In this document: piece by piece, positions 27,977 to 37,203 of the stretch
How positions within the stretch are numbered: the first letter of the stretch is position 1
How the letters are laid out: every line of letters starts with the position of its first letter
IMG/VR virus record: IMGVR_UViG_3300032134_000001
Origin: an uncultured virus (IMG/VR IMGVR_UViG_3300032134_000001)
Lineage: Duplodnaviria; Heunggongvirae; Uroviricota; Caudoviricetes
Direction: 5' to 3' (one strand)
DNA length: 43,369 nt
Made by a program: the position numbers and the translations under genes
Notes under the pieces: generated by a model
Seen by the model: only the letters and a program-made list of their open reading frames with translations
Databases searched by the model: none
Told to the model about the DNA's origin: nothing

Positions 27977-28579
27977 TCAGGCTCGGGAGGGTCTGACGAT
28001 CTCGGCCCAGTCCTCCGGGATGTCCCGGATGGGCCAGGACCCCACCAGCCGAACCGGCCAGTACTCGCGAGGCTGGTCCTTGCGGTGAGCGGGAGGTGCG
28101 TAGGGCAGGTCCGCGAAGCGACCGTCGCTGTGGGGCTCGTTGATGAAGCCCTTGTACGCCTCGAAGGTCATCGAGTCGAGGTCGATGACGTAGGCGTACT
28201 CGCAGAACAGGGAGTCGCCAGCAAAGCTGGTCGAGTCCACGTTCACCACCGGGTCCTCGGCCAGCATGATGTAGGGCAGCGTGCCCGCCCCGCTGTCCCG
28301 TGAGAGCTGCGGGTTGGCCTCCTTGAAGGCGTCCGAGACGGTCATGTTGACCATGTCCGAGTCGGGGTCTGCCCCCGCCGCGACCCAGAGGGCCTTCAGC
28401 GCAGTCGGTGTGACCATCCGGGTCTTGCGAGCCTGCGCCACGAAGGCGTCCAGGTCCACTTCGCGGAGGAAGGCGACGACGGTGCTGCCCTGACCGGCCG
28501 GGTAGCCGTCCCACTGGCCGTACTGCGCCATCTTCACTTCCCCGTCGACGTAGACGGAGATGAGGTGTCGGGTTCCCAT
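27977..28579 (-). CDS. conserved phage hypothetical protein
   Basis: MGTR...AQYGQWDGYP.GQG...CEYAYVIDLD motifs. Confidence 0.8.
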   Translation of the reverse strand: MGTRHLISVYVDGEVKMAQYGQWDGYPAGQGSTVVAFLREVDLDAFVAQARKTRMVTPTALKALWVAAGADPDSDMVNMTVSDAFKEANPQLSRDSGAGTLPYIMLAEDPVVNVDSTSFAGDSLFCEYAYVIDLDSMTFEAYKGFINEPHSDGRFADLPYAPPAHRKDQPREYWPVRLVGSWPIRDIPEDWAEIVRPSRA

Positions 28580-29244
28580 CAGGTCACCCCATCCTGCACG
28601 AAGCCCGGTCCGGCCTGACCGTTGCCCTCGACCACCTCGACGTGTTCGTGAGCCAGGTCCTCCTCGACCGCCTTGTTGGCGAGGGTGAGGAGCCGGTCCA
28701 CAGCAGCGTCGAGCAGCGTAGCCGAGAGGGTCCGCACCTCATCGGCCCCGACAAGCTGGGCCTCTACGCCCTCCTGGCTGGCGGCAAGCGCCTCCAGGGG
28801 GCTGAGCTTCTTCGCCAGCTCGCCGTAGTCGAGGTGCTGGACGACCTTGTCACTGATGTCGCCCATCGCCTCCGCGACCTCCGCGGGGTCGCAGGTGACC
28901 TCGATGTCGTCGGTGTCGACATGCTCAGCCAGGTCGCTCATGTCGATGTTGCTTGCCAGGTCGCTCATGTCGATGTTGCTTGCCAGGTCGCTCATGTCGA
29001 GTTCACGGGCGACGTCGTCAGCGTCGATGTTCATGTGCTCGACGAGGTCGCTGGCCTCGAAGTGCCGAGCAACCTCGCTGGCGTCCATCGCCCTTGCGAG
29101 GTCCTCGTAGTCGACTTCGACGTGTTCTCCCGCTCCCCGGGAGACTGCGCTGACGAAGCTGTCGTCCGCGCGAGCCTCCCCGACAAGACGGTCAACCGCC
29201 TTGGTGATGATGTGCCGGATCAAAGACCGGATGTTCAGAGTCAT
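28579..29244 (-). CDS. acidic repeat protein with SPLEALA tag
   Basis: About 9-aa repeats (DMSDLASNI etc.); GAGGAG SD. Confidence 0.8.
   Translation of the reverse strand: MTLNIRSLIRHIITKAVDRLVGEARADDSFVSAVSRGAGEHVEVDYEDLARAMDASEVARHFEASDLVEHMNIDADDVARELDMSDLASNIDMSDLASNIDMSDLAEHVDTDDIEVTCDPAEVAEAMGDISDKVVQHLDYGELAKKLSPLEALAASQEGVEAQLVGADEVRTLSATLLDAAVDRLLTLANKAVEEDLAHEHVEVVEGNGQAGPGFVQDGVT
28928..29000. repeat. 27-nt in-frame tandem repeat, 2.7 copies
   Basis: GCCAGGTCGCTCATGTCGATGTTGCTT at 28928 and 28955, partial at 28982. Confidence 0.9.
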
Positions 29245-29330
29245 GGTTCTTCTACTCCTCGTGTGCCTCCCCGTAGGGAGGGCTTGGTTGGTGCCCCGAA
29301 GGGCGGGTGTGGCTCTCCCTCAAGAGCCGG

Positions 29331-30107
29331 TCAGTCGGTGTCTTCGCTTGTGCTCCTGAACCCGTCCAGGCTCTCCCCCACCGCCACGAGGGCCTGGTTG
29401 AGAACCGCCATTCGGCGGTCCAGCTCCAGCTCTTCGGGGGTGGGAGGGGCCTTGGAGCGGGCCAGGATGCCCAGCGCGGTGGTGTGGCTCTTCGTCAGGT
29501 TCCACAGGTACTTCTCGACTCTCTCGAAGGAGTAGTCAGCCTCGTTCCAGGCATCACGCGCCCTGTGTCGAGCTACTCGGTGCTTCTCTGCCTTCCCGAT
29601 CGTCCCCTGCCGCTTGGACAGGATGCGAATCGGAGGGCTGTCCCGGCAAGCAGCAGCCGCGAGATTGGCTGCCACGTTCCTGCCCGAGCGAGGAAACGGC
29701 AAGCCCTGGTAGAGCTGGGCCAAGCGCTCTGCGAGCTGCTGCTTGGCCTCCGCGGGCAAGACCGAAGCGTCCTCTCCCTCAGCCCCGGCACAAGCGGCCA
29801 GCGCTTCCAGTGGGTTCATCCAGAGCCTCTTCGGAGGCACGATGCGAATATCGTTCTCTGCACGCCTCCGATAGCCCTTCTCCGGCTTCACATAGGCGCG
29901 GGAGCCCATGCCATCGTCCATCTTCTTGGTCGTGTAGTCCTTGAAGGACACACTCGTCCCGACTCGCTCTCCCTCCCCGGAGTAGGCCTGGAGGAAGGCT
30001 CGATTCACCGACCCCGAAGAGGCAAGGATCTGCCTCTCCAGGGCCTCCACCAAGGCCGCGAGATCCTCGGTGGAGTAGTAGGTGTAGTTGTCCAGCGTGA
30101 ACAGCAT
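29331..30107 (-). CDS. NxTxYSTxDL family paralogue 3
   Basis: ATG 30107 with GAGG SD; NYTYYSTEDL; internal NPLEALA. Confidence 0.8.
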   Translation of the reverse strand: MLFTLDNYTYYSTEDLAALVEALERQILASSGSVNRAFLQAYSGEGERVGTSVSFKDYTTKKMDDGMGSRAYVKPEKGYRRRAENDIRIVPPKRLWMNPLEALAACAGAEGEDASVLPAEAKQQLAERLAQLYQGLPFPRSGRNVAANLAAAACRDSPPIRILSKRQGTIGKAEKHRVARHRARDAWNEADYSFERVEKYLWNLTKSHTTALGILARSKAPPTPEELELDRRMAVLNQALVAVGESLDGFRSTSEDTD

Positions 30108-30115
30108 CTCGCCTC

Positions 30116-31261
30116 TCAGATGTGGCAGTCGACGAGGGTGATCTGGGTGTCCGGCGGCAGGTCGTCGTACAGGCGGCTCACCTCCTCGTTCCAGTCGCCC
30201 TGGTCCTTCTCGTCGGAGGACATGCCCCACCAGCCCATCTGTCCCTTCTGGTGCCACTTGCCGTCCTTCACGAGGGCGTAGGGGACCAGGGCCTGCTGGC
30301 GCTGCCGCAGGACGTAGGCTGCTCGGTCGAAGCCCGTGTCCGTGACGATGTCTCCGAAGAAGCCCACGACCTTGGCGGCCTTGGCCCGCACGATGGCAGG
30401 CTGGGCGTGGTAGGCCTCGCGGGCCGCAGTGAGACCCTCCTGGTCCTCGTCTCCCGACATGAGGCGCTCCCGGATGACGGCGAAGGCCTCCGGGCGCTCG
30501 CCCTGCCAGCAGGCCTCCCACTTGTCGAAGTAGTCGTTGGCCTCCTGCTCAGCTTCGCTCCGCGCCCTCTCGAAGTCGATGGCACCCTTGTTCATCTGGT
30601 CTGCCGCTCCCGCCTTCGCCTTGTTGTCGAAGACCCCAGAGGTGCCCAGCTTGCCTCCCGTACCTGGCTTGAGCGGGAAGAAGCCCTTCCAGCGACCGCC
30701 GATGGAGTACCAGTCCCACTTGGCGTTGGGGTTGGTGCGCCGGACCACCTTGACCACCTCGTCGTTCTCCCCGAGCAGGACGTAGCCCCACTTGTGCTCG
30801 CTGTCCGTGTCCAGCTCCGTGTCAGCTCGGACCTCGGGCCGCTCCGACCAGTACTGCACGAACTCGCGGAAGGTCATGGCGTCGGGGCCGTTGACCCGAA
30901 CCTCCGTGCCGCCGCCGAGCGTGGTGTCGTGGACACGGGTGCTGTGCCCCTCCCCGTCGCCCCAGTCCATCGACGTCCAGGAGATGCCACCGCCACCGCC
31001 AGTGCCCCCGATAGGGCCGATGATCTTGCGCTCCTCCTCCGTCGGCACACGGTAGAAGCTGGCATCGCTGCCTTCGACCCGCGTCCCGTCGGGCAGGTCG
31101 ACGAAGAGCTTGGTGTGCTCGCCGTAGTCCCCCCGCATCTTCTCGGTCTCGTCGACGTCGACGATGTACTCGTCGTTCCGACCCGTACACTCGAACTCGT
31201 GGTACCCGGCCAACTGACCGTCCACATCCGCTCCAATCACAACCACGGAAAAGTGGCTCAT
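30116..31261 (-). CDS. conserved phage hypothetical protein
   Basis: MSHF.V.V...NPNAKWDWY.IGGRW...G.MGWWG...VDCHI motifs. Confidence 0.85.
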   Translation of the reverse strand: MSHFSVVVIGADVDGQLAGYHEFECTGRNDEYIVDVDETEKMRGDYGEHTKLFVDLPDGTRVEGSDASFYRVPTEEERKIIGPIGGTGGGGGISWTSMDWGDGEGHSTRVHDTTLGGGTEVRVNGPDAMTFREFVQYWSERPEVRADTELDTDSEHKWGYVLLGENDEVVKVVRRTNPNAKWDWYSIGGRWKGFFPLKPGTGGKLGTSGVFDNKAKAGAADQMNKGAIDFERARSEAEQEANDYFDKWEACWQGERPEAFAVIRERLMSGDEDQEGLTAAREAYHAQPAIVRAKAAKVVGFFGDIVTDTGFDRAAYVLRQRQQALVPYALVKDGKWHQKGQMGWWGMSSDEKDQGDWNEEVSRLYDDLPPDTQITLVDCHI

Positions 31262-31274
31262 ACTCGACTCCCTC

Positions 31275-31288
31275 GGGCTCCTCAGCCC
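31275..31288 (-). repeat. GGGCT-GAGG-AGCCC hairpin, copy 4
   Basis: Exact repeat 5' of GAGGGAG RBS. Confidence 0.8.
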
Positions 31289-31298
31289 TTGTGTTGGC

Positions 31299-31958
31299 CT
31301 ATTGGCCGTTTCTCTTCAGCTTCGCGGCGACACGGAGAACAGCCCCCATGCCTTCCTTCTGTGCTCTCAGGGCGGCGAGAAGCTCCTTCTCGTCCGCCCC
31401 CAAGAGGTCCTCAACTGCTTCCAGCAGGGTGATCTTCTTCCCGATGTGCGCGATGGTCGGGCCCATCCTCAGTCCAGTGCTCACGGCCGCTCCGACTGCC
31501 TTGCGGACCTTCTTGGCCTTGACCCTCCGCGCCTGCTCGTCCTTGTCTTCCACCAGGTCCGGCTCTTCCCGGATGCGGATGGAGAAAGCAGAAGCATCGA
31601 ACTCCTCCCCATAGACCCCAAAGAGCCGACCAAGCACCTCCGCCACCTCCGCTACCACCTGGGATGGAAGCCTTGGGTTGGCCTGCATCGCCAGCAGCTC
31701 CAGGGGGGAGGCACTCAGCCTGTCCGGCTTCTTGATGCGGAGGGCCCGAGCCCCACGCTCCGGGTCGACAGCGCAGTCCCGCCGGACGTTGAGATGAGCC
31801 GCCTGCCGCTGTCCCTGCCAGTACACGACGACCATCTCTGTCGGTATCTTGGAGCGACGGCGCCTCCTCGTAGGGATCAACAGAGCAGCCTCGTGGGATG
31901 CGGTGATGATCGCCTGCAGGTCCTCGGTCGAGTAGACCGTGTAGTTGCGAATCTTCAC
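31299..31958 (-). CDS. NxTxYSTxDL family paralogue 4
   Basis: NYTVYSTEDL; internal SPLELLA. Confidence 0.8.
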   Translation of the reverse strand: MKIRNYTVYSTEDLQAIITASHEAALLIPTRRRRRSKIPTEMVVVYWQGQRQAAHLNVRRDCAVDPERGARALRIKKPDRLSASPLELLAMQANPRLPSQVVAEVAEVLGRLFGVYGEEFDASAFSIRIREEPDLVEDKDEQARRVKAKKVRKAVGAAVSTGLRMGPTIAHIGKKITLLEAVEDLLGADEKELLAALRAQKEGMGAVLRVAAKLKRNGQ

Positions 31959-32278
31959 TCTTCTCCTCCAGCAATCGCCAGGGCTTCCAGTGGACTCACC
32001 TGCTCGACATCCATGTCCATGAACGAGGACAGCTCCATGAATCCGCCCAGGGAGTAGCCGAGCATCATGTTGAACTCGGCATAGGCCCGCTGGAGATCAG
32101 CGCTCGGCGGCCCCAGACGGTTGGTCTGGTACGCCACCGCGACAACCTGGAGGTCCAGCACGCCGTGATCTACCAGGAAGCGCACGATGGGGTTCTCGAT
32201 GAAGCGAGTCGTCCCCTGCTCGTCCGTCACTGTCGGGTAGAGCTTGCCGCCCACCCGGACATAGCCAGAGTTGCTCAC
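31955..32278 (-). CDS. conserved small phage protein, C-terminal SPLEALA tag
   Basis: D..G..RF..N.IV..L.D...GYSL.GF.ELS motif. Confidence 0.8.
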   Translation of the reverse strand: MSNSGYVRVGGKLYPTVTDEQGTTRFIENPIVRFLVDHGVLDLQVVAVAYQTNRLGPPSADLQRAYAEFNMMLGYSLGGFMELSSFMDMDVEQVSPLEALAIAGGEE

Positions 32279-33057
32279 TCCTTACCCGCCGGGACCGGGT
32301 CCCACTGCTGGAGGTGCTGGAACAGGGCGTCGTTGTGGATGGTGTGGATGCCCCTCCTGTCCTCCTCCGAGACGAACTCGTTGGTGTCCACGTAGCGGCG
32401 TCGCCCGTAGCGATAGTCGGGGAGGCTTGCAGCGTCCTTGTCGAACCAGACCCGGCGACCCTCCTTCGTCTCCGTCCCGAGGCTCTCGACCGCTTCGATG
32501 CCCTCCGGCAGCAGGCCAAGGTCTTCCTGGGGGTGAACCGTCCCGAAGGGCGGCCCATTGTCCCAGTGGTACTCCTCGAAGATGTAGTACCGACCGAACT
32601 TCTCACGGATGCCATTGAAGCCACCCGTCTGCTCGTTGTAGGCCCCGTAGGCCAGGTTCCGGCTGTTGATCCGGTAGACGTGACGGTGGATGCACTGCTC
32701 CTTGCGGAGGTAGGGGTTGCAGGCCGTGTTGACCTCGCCCCGAAGCTCCATCCAGGCCACACCCTCCTCGCTTCGCCAGGCACCCCGAGACCAAGTAGCC
32801 ATCTCCAGCCACCAGCGGTCGAAGTCGAGGCCCTCAGGCCAAGCCCGCTGCTCCTGGACGCGCCGGACCAAGTCAGCTCTGGCCTCGTCGCCCCCGTAGC
32901 AGAAGTCTCCAGCGAGCTTCTCCAGCAGCCGCTCAGGCTCTTGGAGAGCCATCTCGTAGAGCAGGGCCCACTGCTCCCTGGTCTTGGCCTTCTTGCCGTT
33001 CTCGACGTGAATCGCCTTCTTCTCGGCATCCGTCAGCTTCTTGTCGTCGTTGCTCAT
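32275..33057 (-). CDS. hypothetical phage protein
   Basis: ATG 33057 (ATGA); SRNL..G.Y...F.GIREKFG..Y.F.EYHWD.G.PFGT. Confidence 0.8.
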   Translation of the reverse strand: MSNDDKKLTDAEKKAIHVENGKKAKTREQWALLYEMALQEPERLLEKLAGDFCYGGDEARADLVRRVQEQRAWPEGLDFDRWWLEMATWSRGAWRSEEGVAWMELRGEVNTACNPYLRKEQCIHRHVYRINSRNLAYGAYNEQTGGFNGIREKFGRYYIFEEYHWDNGPPFGTVHPQEDLGLLPEGIEAVESLGTETKEGRRVWFDKDAASLPDYRYGRRRYVDTNEFVSEEDRRGIHTIHNDALFQHLQQWDPVPAGKE

Positions 33058-33416
33058 TGTGCGGCTCCTGCCAGCTGTTCCAGCGGTGTGAGGGGTTCCT
33101 GTCCCAGACATGCCGGGGGGAGGAGGTAGATCTTGCCGTTGTCGGCCTGGACGAGCACCACGTCAGTGTTGAAGCCGATCGCCGTGCCCGTGAACTTGGG
33201 GTTCTGCCAGCGGGTCGGGTCATCCACGTTGACGTTCTGGCCGCTGGGGATGACCAGCTTCTCTCGCCGCCCGTTCACCTTCCTGTAGAAGGTCTCTTGC
33301 CCGGAGTCAGGGCCGAAGCTGCCAAAGGTCATGGGAGCCCACGAGGCCGTGCGCCAGAAGACCCGGACCTGGACAGCACGGGGGAGGCCCTGGTAAGGCG
33401 CCAGAGCCTTGCTCAT
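33054..33416 (-). CDS. hypothetical protein, C-terminal TPLEQLA tag
   Basis: ATGA overlap. Confidence 0.75.
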   Translation of the reverse strand: MSKALAPYQGLPRAVQVRVFWRTASWAPMTFGSFGPDSGQETFYRKVNGRREKLVIPSGQNVNVDDPTRWQNPKFTGTAIGFNTDVVLVQADNGKIYLLPPACLGQEPLTPLEQLAGAAQ

Positions 33417-34213
33417 CGTACAAGCCCCTCAGCCTGCGTGAAGGCGTCCAGCGCCTCCTGGGCCTCTCGCAGCGTCTTCTTGCCCTTGCTCACCGCCGAG
33501 ACCTGACCGTCCCGTCGGCGGGTGGCCTGCTTGCCTCCGATCTCCCCGGACTTGATGTCCCGGCGCGTCTCCTTGAGTGCCTTCTCCCAGCGCGCCAGCT
33601 CACACTTGGCACTCCACTGGACCTGGAGGAGCTGGAGCCGCTCCTTGCGCCGGGCCTCCTTCGCCCGGAGCGCAGCGCCCTCGGGGCCGCCGACCAGGTC
33701 GTAGATGGAGACCGACAGCTCGTCGAACTCGGGGTACTGCCCGTGGAAGTCCATGCCGATGTCACCGACGGAGAAGACCGGACCCAGGAAGTCGTCATCA
33801 CCGGGGGCGTTGACGACGTTGGGGAGCCGCTCCAGATCCAGGTAGCGGCAGTCGAGCGACGACATCCCGCGGCGCTCGCGCTTGGCGACAGCCTGGGCCT
33901 GCTCGTGGAGACCGTGGAGGAAGCCCACGACCTTCACCAGCTCCGTCCTCGACTCGGCCGGGGCGACGCCGTTGTCCAGCACCTCGGGCTCGCCCAGGGC
34001 CGTCAGGGCCTTGATGAACACGCAGCTCTTGCGGTGGTTCTCGGGTCGGCGGAAGGCGTACTTCACCTTGCGGGTGACTCGGCCGCCCGTACCGCCCAGC
34101 AGGAAGCCCCGCTCGCAGTAGGAGCATCGCCAGTTCTCGTCCTGCTGCCCCGGCCACTTGTCGGGCTTGACGGCGTACAGGAAGGTCTTCAGGGTGTCGC
34201 GGAAGCCGCTCAT
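33413..34213 (-). CDS. hypothetical protein with CxxC...H...C Zn motif and coiled C-terminus
   Basis: ATG 34213 in ATGA overlap. Confidence 0.75.
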   Translation of the reverse strand: MSGFRDTLKTFLYAVKPDKWPGQQDENWRCSYCERGFLLGGTGGRVTRKVKYAFRRPENHRKSCVFIKALTALGEPEVLDNGVAPAESRTELVKVVGFLHGLHEQAQAVAKRERRGMSSLDCRYLDLERLPNVVNAPGDDDFLGPVFSVGDIGMDFHGQYPEFDELSVSIYDLVGGPEGAALRAKEARRKERLQLLQVQWSAKCELARWEKALKETRRDIKSGEIGGKQATRRRDGQVSAVSKGKKTLREAQEALDAFTQAEGLVR

Positions 34214-34551
34214 TCGTCGTCCTTGCCCAGCAGGGCGTCCAGCTTGGTGAGGGCCCTCTTCACGTCCCGGCGCGTCCGTGTGAGGCTGTCGTGGTCCTTC
34301 AGGTCCAGCTTCTGCCGCCCCTCCAGCCGGGCGAGGGCCTCGATGGCATCCATCCCGGCGCAGTTGGGGTGGCCTCCTCGGGTGGAGCCCACGTTCTCTG
34401 CACAGCAGAAGACACAGCGATGGCCCAGGGGCCTCCCCGCAGAGCCGTCGCCGGTGCCGATGCCCAAGAGAGCGTCCTCCAGGGCGTCTCGGATCGTTGT
34501 TCCATCTTCGGTCTGGGGCCACGGCACCTCAGGCGCGGGCAGGATGGCCAT
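34210..34551 (-). CDS. hypothetical protein with CxxC...H..C motif
   Basis: AGGAG SD before ATG 34551. Confidence 0.7.
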   Translation of the reverse strand: MAILPAPEVPWPQTEDGTTIRDALEDALLGIGTGDGSAGRPLGHRCVFCCAENVGSTRGGHPNCAGMDAIEALARLEGRQKLDLKDHDSLTRTRRDVKRALTKLDALLGKDDE

Positions 34552-34562
34552 GATCTCTCCTG

Positions 34563-35042
34563 TCAGTGGAAGCACACGCAGCCGGTGTTGGCTGCAAGGT
34601 TGAAGGCCGACGCCAACGCGCCGTAGAGACCAGAGCCACCCTCGGGGTGGTCAGGCTTGAAGTCTCGGGCCAGCACGGCGCACACCTCAGGCCCCAAGAC
34701 CCCCTCGCAGTCGGAGAAGTTGATCAGCTCGTAGAACGGGTACAGCCGACCCTCCGCGAGCTGCTCTGTCGGGGTCCACAGTGTCATGGCCCACTCCTTC
34801 AGCCTCGCCCGCCATCGGCCGTAGCTGCTGTAGCTGCCTGCCCGGAGCCCGATGCCAACGGTGTCCGCCGCCCAGTAGTGTCCCGTCTCGATCCCAGGAG
34901 CCCGCGTCGGGAAGTCGGGGTTGGCATAGACGCGGACCCAGTTGTTGTAGTCGTCAGGCTCTGCGTCCTCGCCGCTACCTGCCGGTGGCGTCCAGCGTCG
35001 AGAGAAGTCCACGGAGCCGTAGGCGGTGATGTCCAGGCCCAT
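34563..35042 (-). CDS. conserved phage hypothetical protein, internal TPTEQLA
   Basis: MGLDITAY...RAGSYS.Y..WR...PF.ELINFSDCEG motifs. Confidence 0.8.
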   Translation of the reverse strand: MGLDITAYGSVDFSRRWTPPAGSGEDAEPDDYNNWVRVYANPDFPTRAPGIETGHYWAADTVGIGLRAGSYSSYGRWRARLKEWAMTLWTPTEQLAEGRLYPFYELINFSDCEGVLGPEVCAVLARDFKPDHPEGGSGLYGALASAFNLAANTGCVCFH

Positions 35043-35624
35043 CTACTCGTCCTCGTCGTCGTCTTCGTCTTCCCAAGCGAAGGCCGCGTGCCACTCAGAC
35101 ATGGCCCAGATCTCATGCTCCGAGCCCTCACAGATGCCGCCGTCGACCTGCTCACCGCCGTGGAAGGTGATGAGCGCCCCCCAGGCCGGCTGCTCCTCGA
35201 TGCCGTACCAGGTGAAGGTGCAGGTCGGGAAGCGCTCCACGAGAGCCTGCAGGACGGGCAGGGGAGGGCTCCACGCCGTCTGGAAGGTGTACTCGATCTC
35301 TCGGGTCGGGCTCTCTGCGTGGGCCTCCGCCAGCGCCTCCAGTGGACTGCCCTGACCCGGCGGTGTGCCGATGTCATAGGCGTTCCACTTCGTGCCCCAG
35401 GTGGCGCAGTTCCAGGAGTACCAATCCGAGTGGCCGTACTTGGCCTTGAGGCGATCAGTCTCTTCGCCTGGCTCTGAAGGGGCACCCCGACCTACCAACT
35501 CCGCAGGCATGGCAATGAGCTTGCTGAAGTCGAAGCAGCTCTCGCCCTGCATCAGCGTGATGAGGTCTGAGATGACCTCTCGGGGCCCGAGGATGACGAG
35601 GCGATGGTGACAATGATTGGGCAT
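35043..35624 (-). CDS. DUF1281/YubB-like ferredoxin-fold protein, internal SPLEALA
   Basis: MPN.C...L, FDF..LI.MP, WY.W....WGTKWN, F.TAWSPP motifs. Confidence 0.75.
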   Translation of the reverse strand: MPNHCHHRLVILGPREVISDLITLMQGESCFDFSKLIAMPAELVGRGAPSEPGEETDRLKAKYGHSDWYSWNCATWGTKWNAYDIGTPPGQGSPLEALAEAHAESPTREIEYTFQTAWSPPLPVLQALVERFPTCTFTWYGIEEQPAWGALITFHGGEQVDGGICEGSEHEIWAMSEWHAAFAWEDEDDDEDE

Positions 35625-36091
35625 CAGGAATCCGGGGTGTGGGCGGTTGCAAGCTGCTCCAGCGGGCTCAGCTCAGGGAAGTAGGGGGTCTCGACTCGAC
35701 CGGAGCAGTGCTTCGGGATGGCGACCCAGAAAACATCGCTGTTCGTGACCTGGAGCTGGTCGCACTCCGTCCGGCCGAGCTTGACCGTCAAGCCATCCAG
35801 CTCGTCCGTCGCTGTGTTGCGGTCGTAGGGAAAGGGCAGCTCCGCCCACTCCCCGTGCTCCAGCGCCTCCTCCAGCCACTCCTCCCACGCCTCGGGAATG
35901 TCGTCGAGGTAGTCAGGAGTCGCGTCCCAGACCGACAAGGTGTAGAAGCCGTCCACAGTGTCCTTGAGGTCCTTCGTGAAGGCCCGCAGAGCAGCGATTC
36001 GAGTCAGCAAGTCCGCCGTCACCTCGACGATGGCGTAGTCGCAACCGTCGTAGTGTTCACTGGCGTGGCTGGTTCGGCAGATGAGGTTCAC
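35624..36091 (-). CDS. acidic hypothetical protein, C-terminal SPLEQLA tag
   Basis: GTGA overlap, GGAGG SD. Confidence 0.8.
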   Translation of the reverse strand: MNLICRTSHASEHYDGCDYAIVEVTADLLTRIAALRAFTKDLKDTVDGFYTLSVWDATPDYLDDIPEAWEEWLEEALEHGEWAELPFPYDRNTATDELDGLTVKLGRTECDQLQVTNSDVFWVAIPKHCSGRVETPYFPELSPLEQLATAHTPDS

Positions 36092-36960
36092 GAGGTCTCC
36101 TCCAAGGGGGGAGAGGCAGCCAGGGCAAGCTGCTCCAGGGGGGTTCGGTTGGGGACGGGGGCAAAGGCACTGATGAGCGCCGCCCCCACGATGGTCGGGT
36201 CGACACCGAAGAGCTTCTCCATGGCCCAGACGGCCACGTTGGAGTCAGCCACCTCGACAGGCGCCTGGACCGTCTTGGTGTCCCAGACGTTCGGCTCATG
36301 CCGGAGGATGAGCAGCATGAGAGGTCGGGTGCTGCCGTGCAGGTGGTCAGCAGTGGCCTTGCCCTCTGCAACAGCCGACTCTGTGCCGTAGTAGCCCCAG
36401 CAGGACTCCAGCTCCTCCCCGTCTGCGTTCTCGACGATGTAGCCCCAGACATCACCGTTGGCCCACTGCTCGTAGGACTCGGTGAGGCTGTCTCGAATCA
36501 GCACTACGTCCCGCTCCGGGTGAGCCAGAGCATCCAGCGGGCTGTCCGGGGCCTTCACGAAGACCCAGCCGTCCGGGTCGCGGCGGCGGGTGTCATCCAG
36601 GTCCATGATGCTGATGGTGAAGCTGCCTGGACCGTGGACATTCCCGCACCAGAAGGGCCAGACGGTGTAGCCCTTGGCGTGTTCTTCCTGCCACGCCTCG
36701 TAGAGGTCGTAGGCTTCACTCTCACCATCCGAGGGCGCCGTGGGGATGTCGCTTCCGTACTCGCCCCACTTACCCTCGCCCCACTCCAGGAACGACTCCG
36801 GGTCAGGGACGTCCTTGATGTCCCGGCCGAAGCGATAGTTCCGCTGGTTGCAAGTGAGGAAGACCTCGTCCTCTCCCCAGTCTGGCTCTTCCGGGCCCTC
36901 GTCTTGGACGATGCGGAGGGTGAAGCCCTTGTACACCTCGCGCTCAGTCTCGTAGCTCAT
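36088..36960 (-). CDS. acidic phage protein with two tags (SPLDALA, TPLEQLA)
   Basis: Y.QW..GDV.GY.VE...ESCWGYYG motif. Confidence 0.8.
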   Translation of the reverse strand: MSYETEREVYKGFTLRIVQDEGPEEPDWGEDEVFLTCNQRNYRFGRDIKDVPDPESFLEWGEGKWGEYGSDIPTAPSDGESEAYDLYEAWQEEHAKGYTVWPFWCGNVHGPGSFTISIMDLDDTRRRDPDGWVFVKAPDSPLDALAHPERDVVLIRDSLTESYEQWANGDVWGYIVENADGEELESCWGYYGTESAVAEGKATADHLHGSTRPLMLLILRHEPNVWDTKTVQAPVEVADSNVAVWAMEKLFGVDPTIVGAALISAFAPVPNRTPLEQLALAASPPLEETS

Positions 36961-36963
36961 CTC

Positions 36964-37200
36964 TCAGCCTCCCAGCTGCGTGAGGGCTTCTTGTAGGGCA
37001 GCCCTTCGTGTCTTCAGCTCGATCTGGATGAGGGCAAGCGGGGCGTTGCTGAAGACCTTGGCCCAAGGCGGCTTGCTTCTCGGGTCAGCGTCGATCTTGG
37101 CGATCTCAGCCTTGAGGTGTTCTCGGGTCCGACGAGCAGCACGGTGCCCATCGCAGGTGCCGCAGCCAGGGCAGCAGCAGTAGCTCTCGAAGTTGGGCAT
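36964..37200 (-). CDS. small Cys-rich protein
   Basis: CCCPGCGTC; N.PLALIQ motif; GGAG SD. Confidence 0.7.
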   Translation of the reverse strand: MPNFESYCCCPGCGTCDGHRAARRTREHLKAEIAKIDADPRSKPPWAKVFSNAPLALIQIELKTRRAALQEALTQLGG

Positions 37201-37203
37201 CGG

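Noticed and set aside
28928..29000. 27-nt direct repeats as a CRISPR array
   Set aside because: The repeats are contiguous with no spacers, in frame within a CDS, and no cas genes are visible.
6719..35050. Frequent acidic C-termini (EEE, EDE, GEE) as a second peptide tag
   Set aside because: They are mostly explained by GAGGAG Shine-Dalgarno sequences of the next gene embedded in the last codons.
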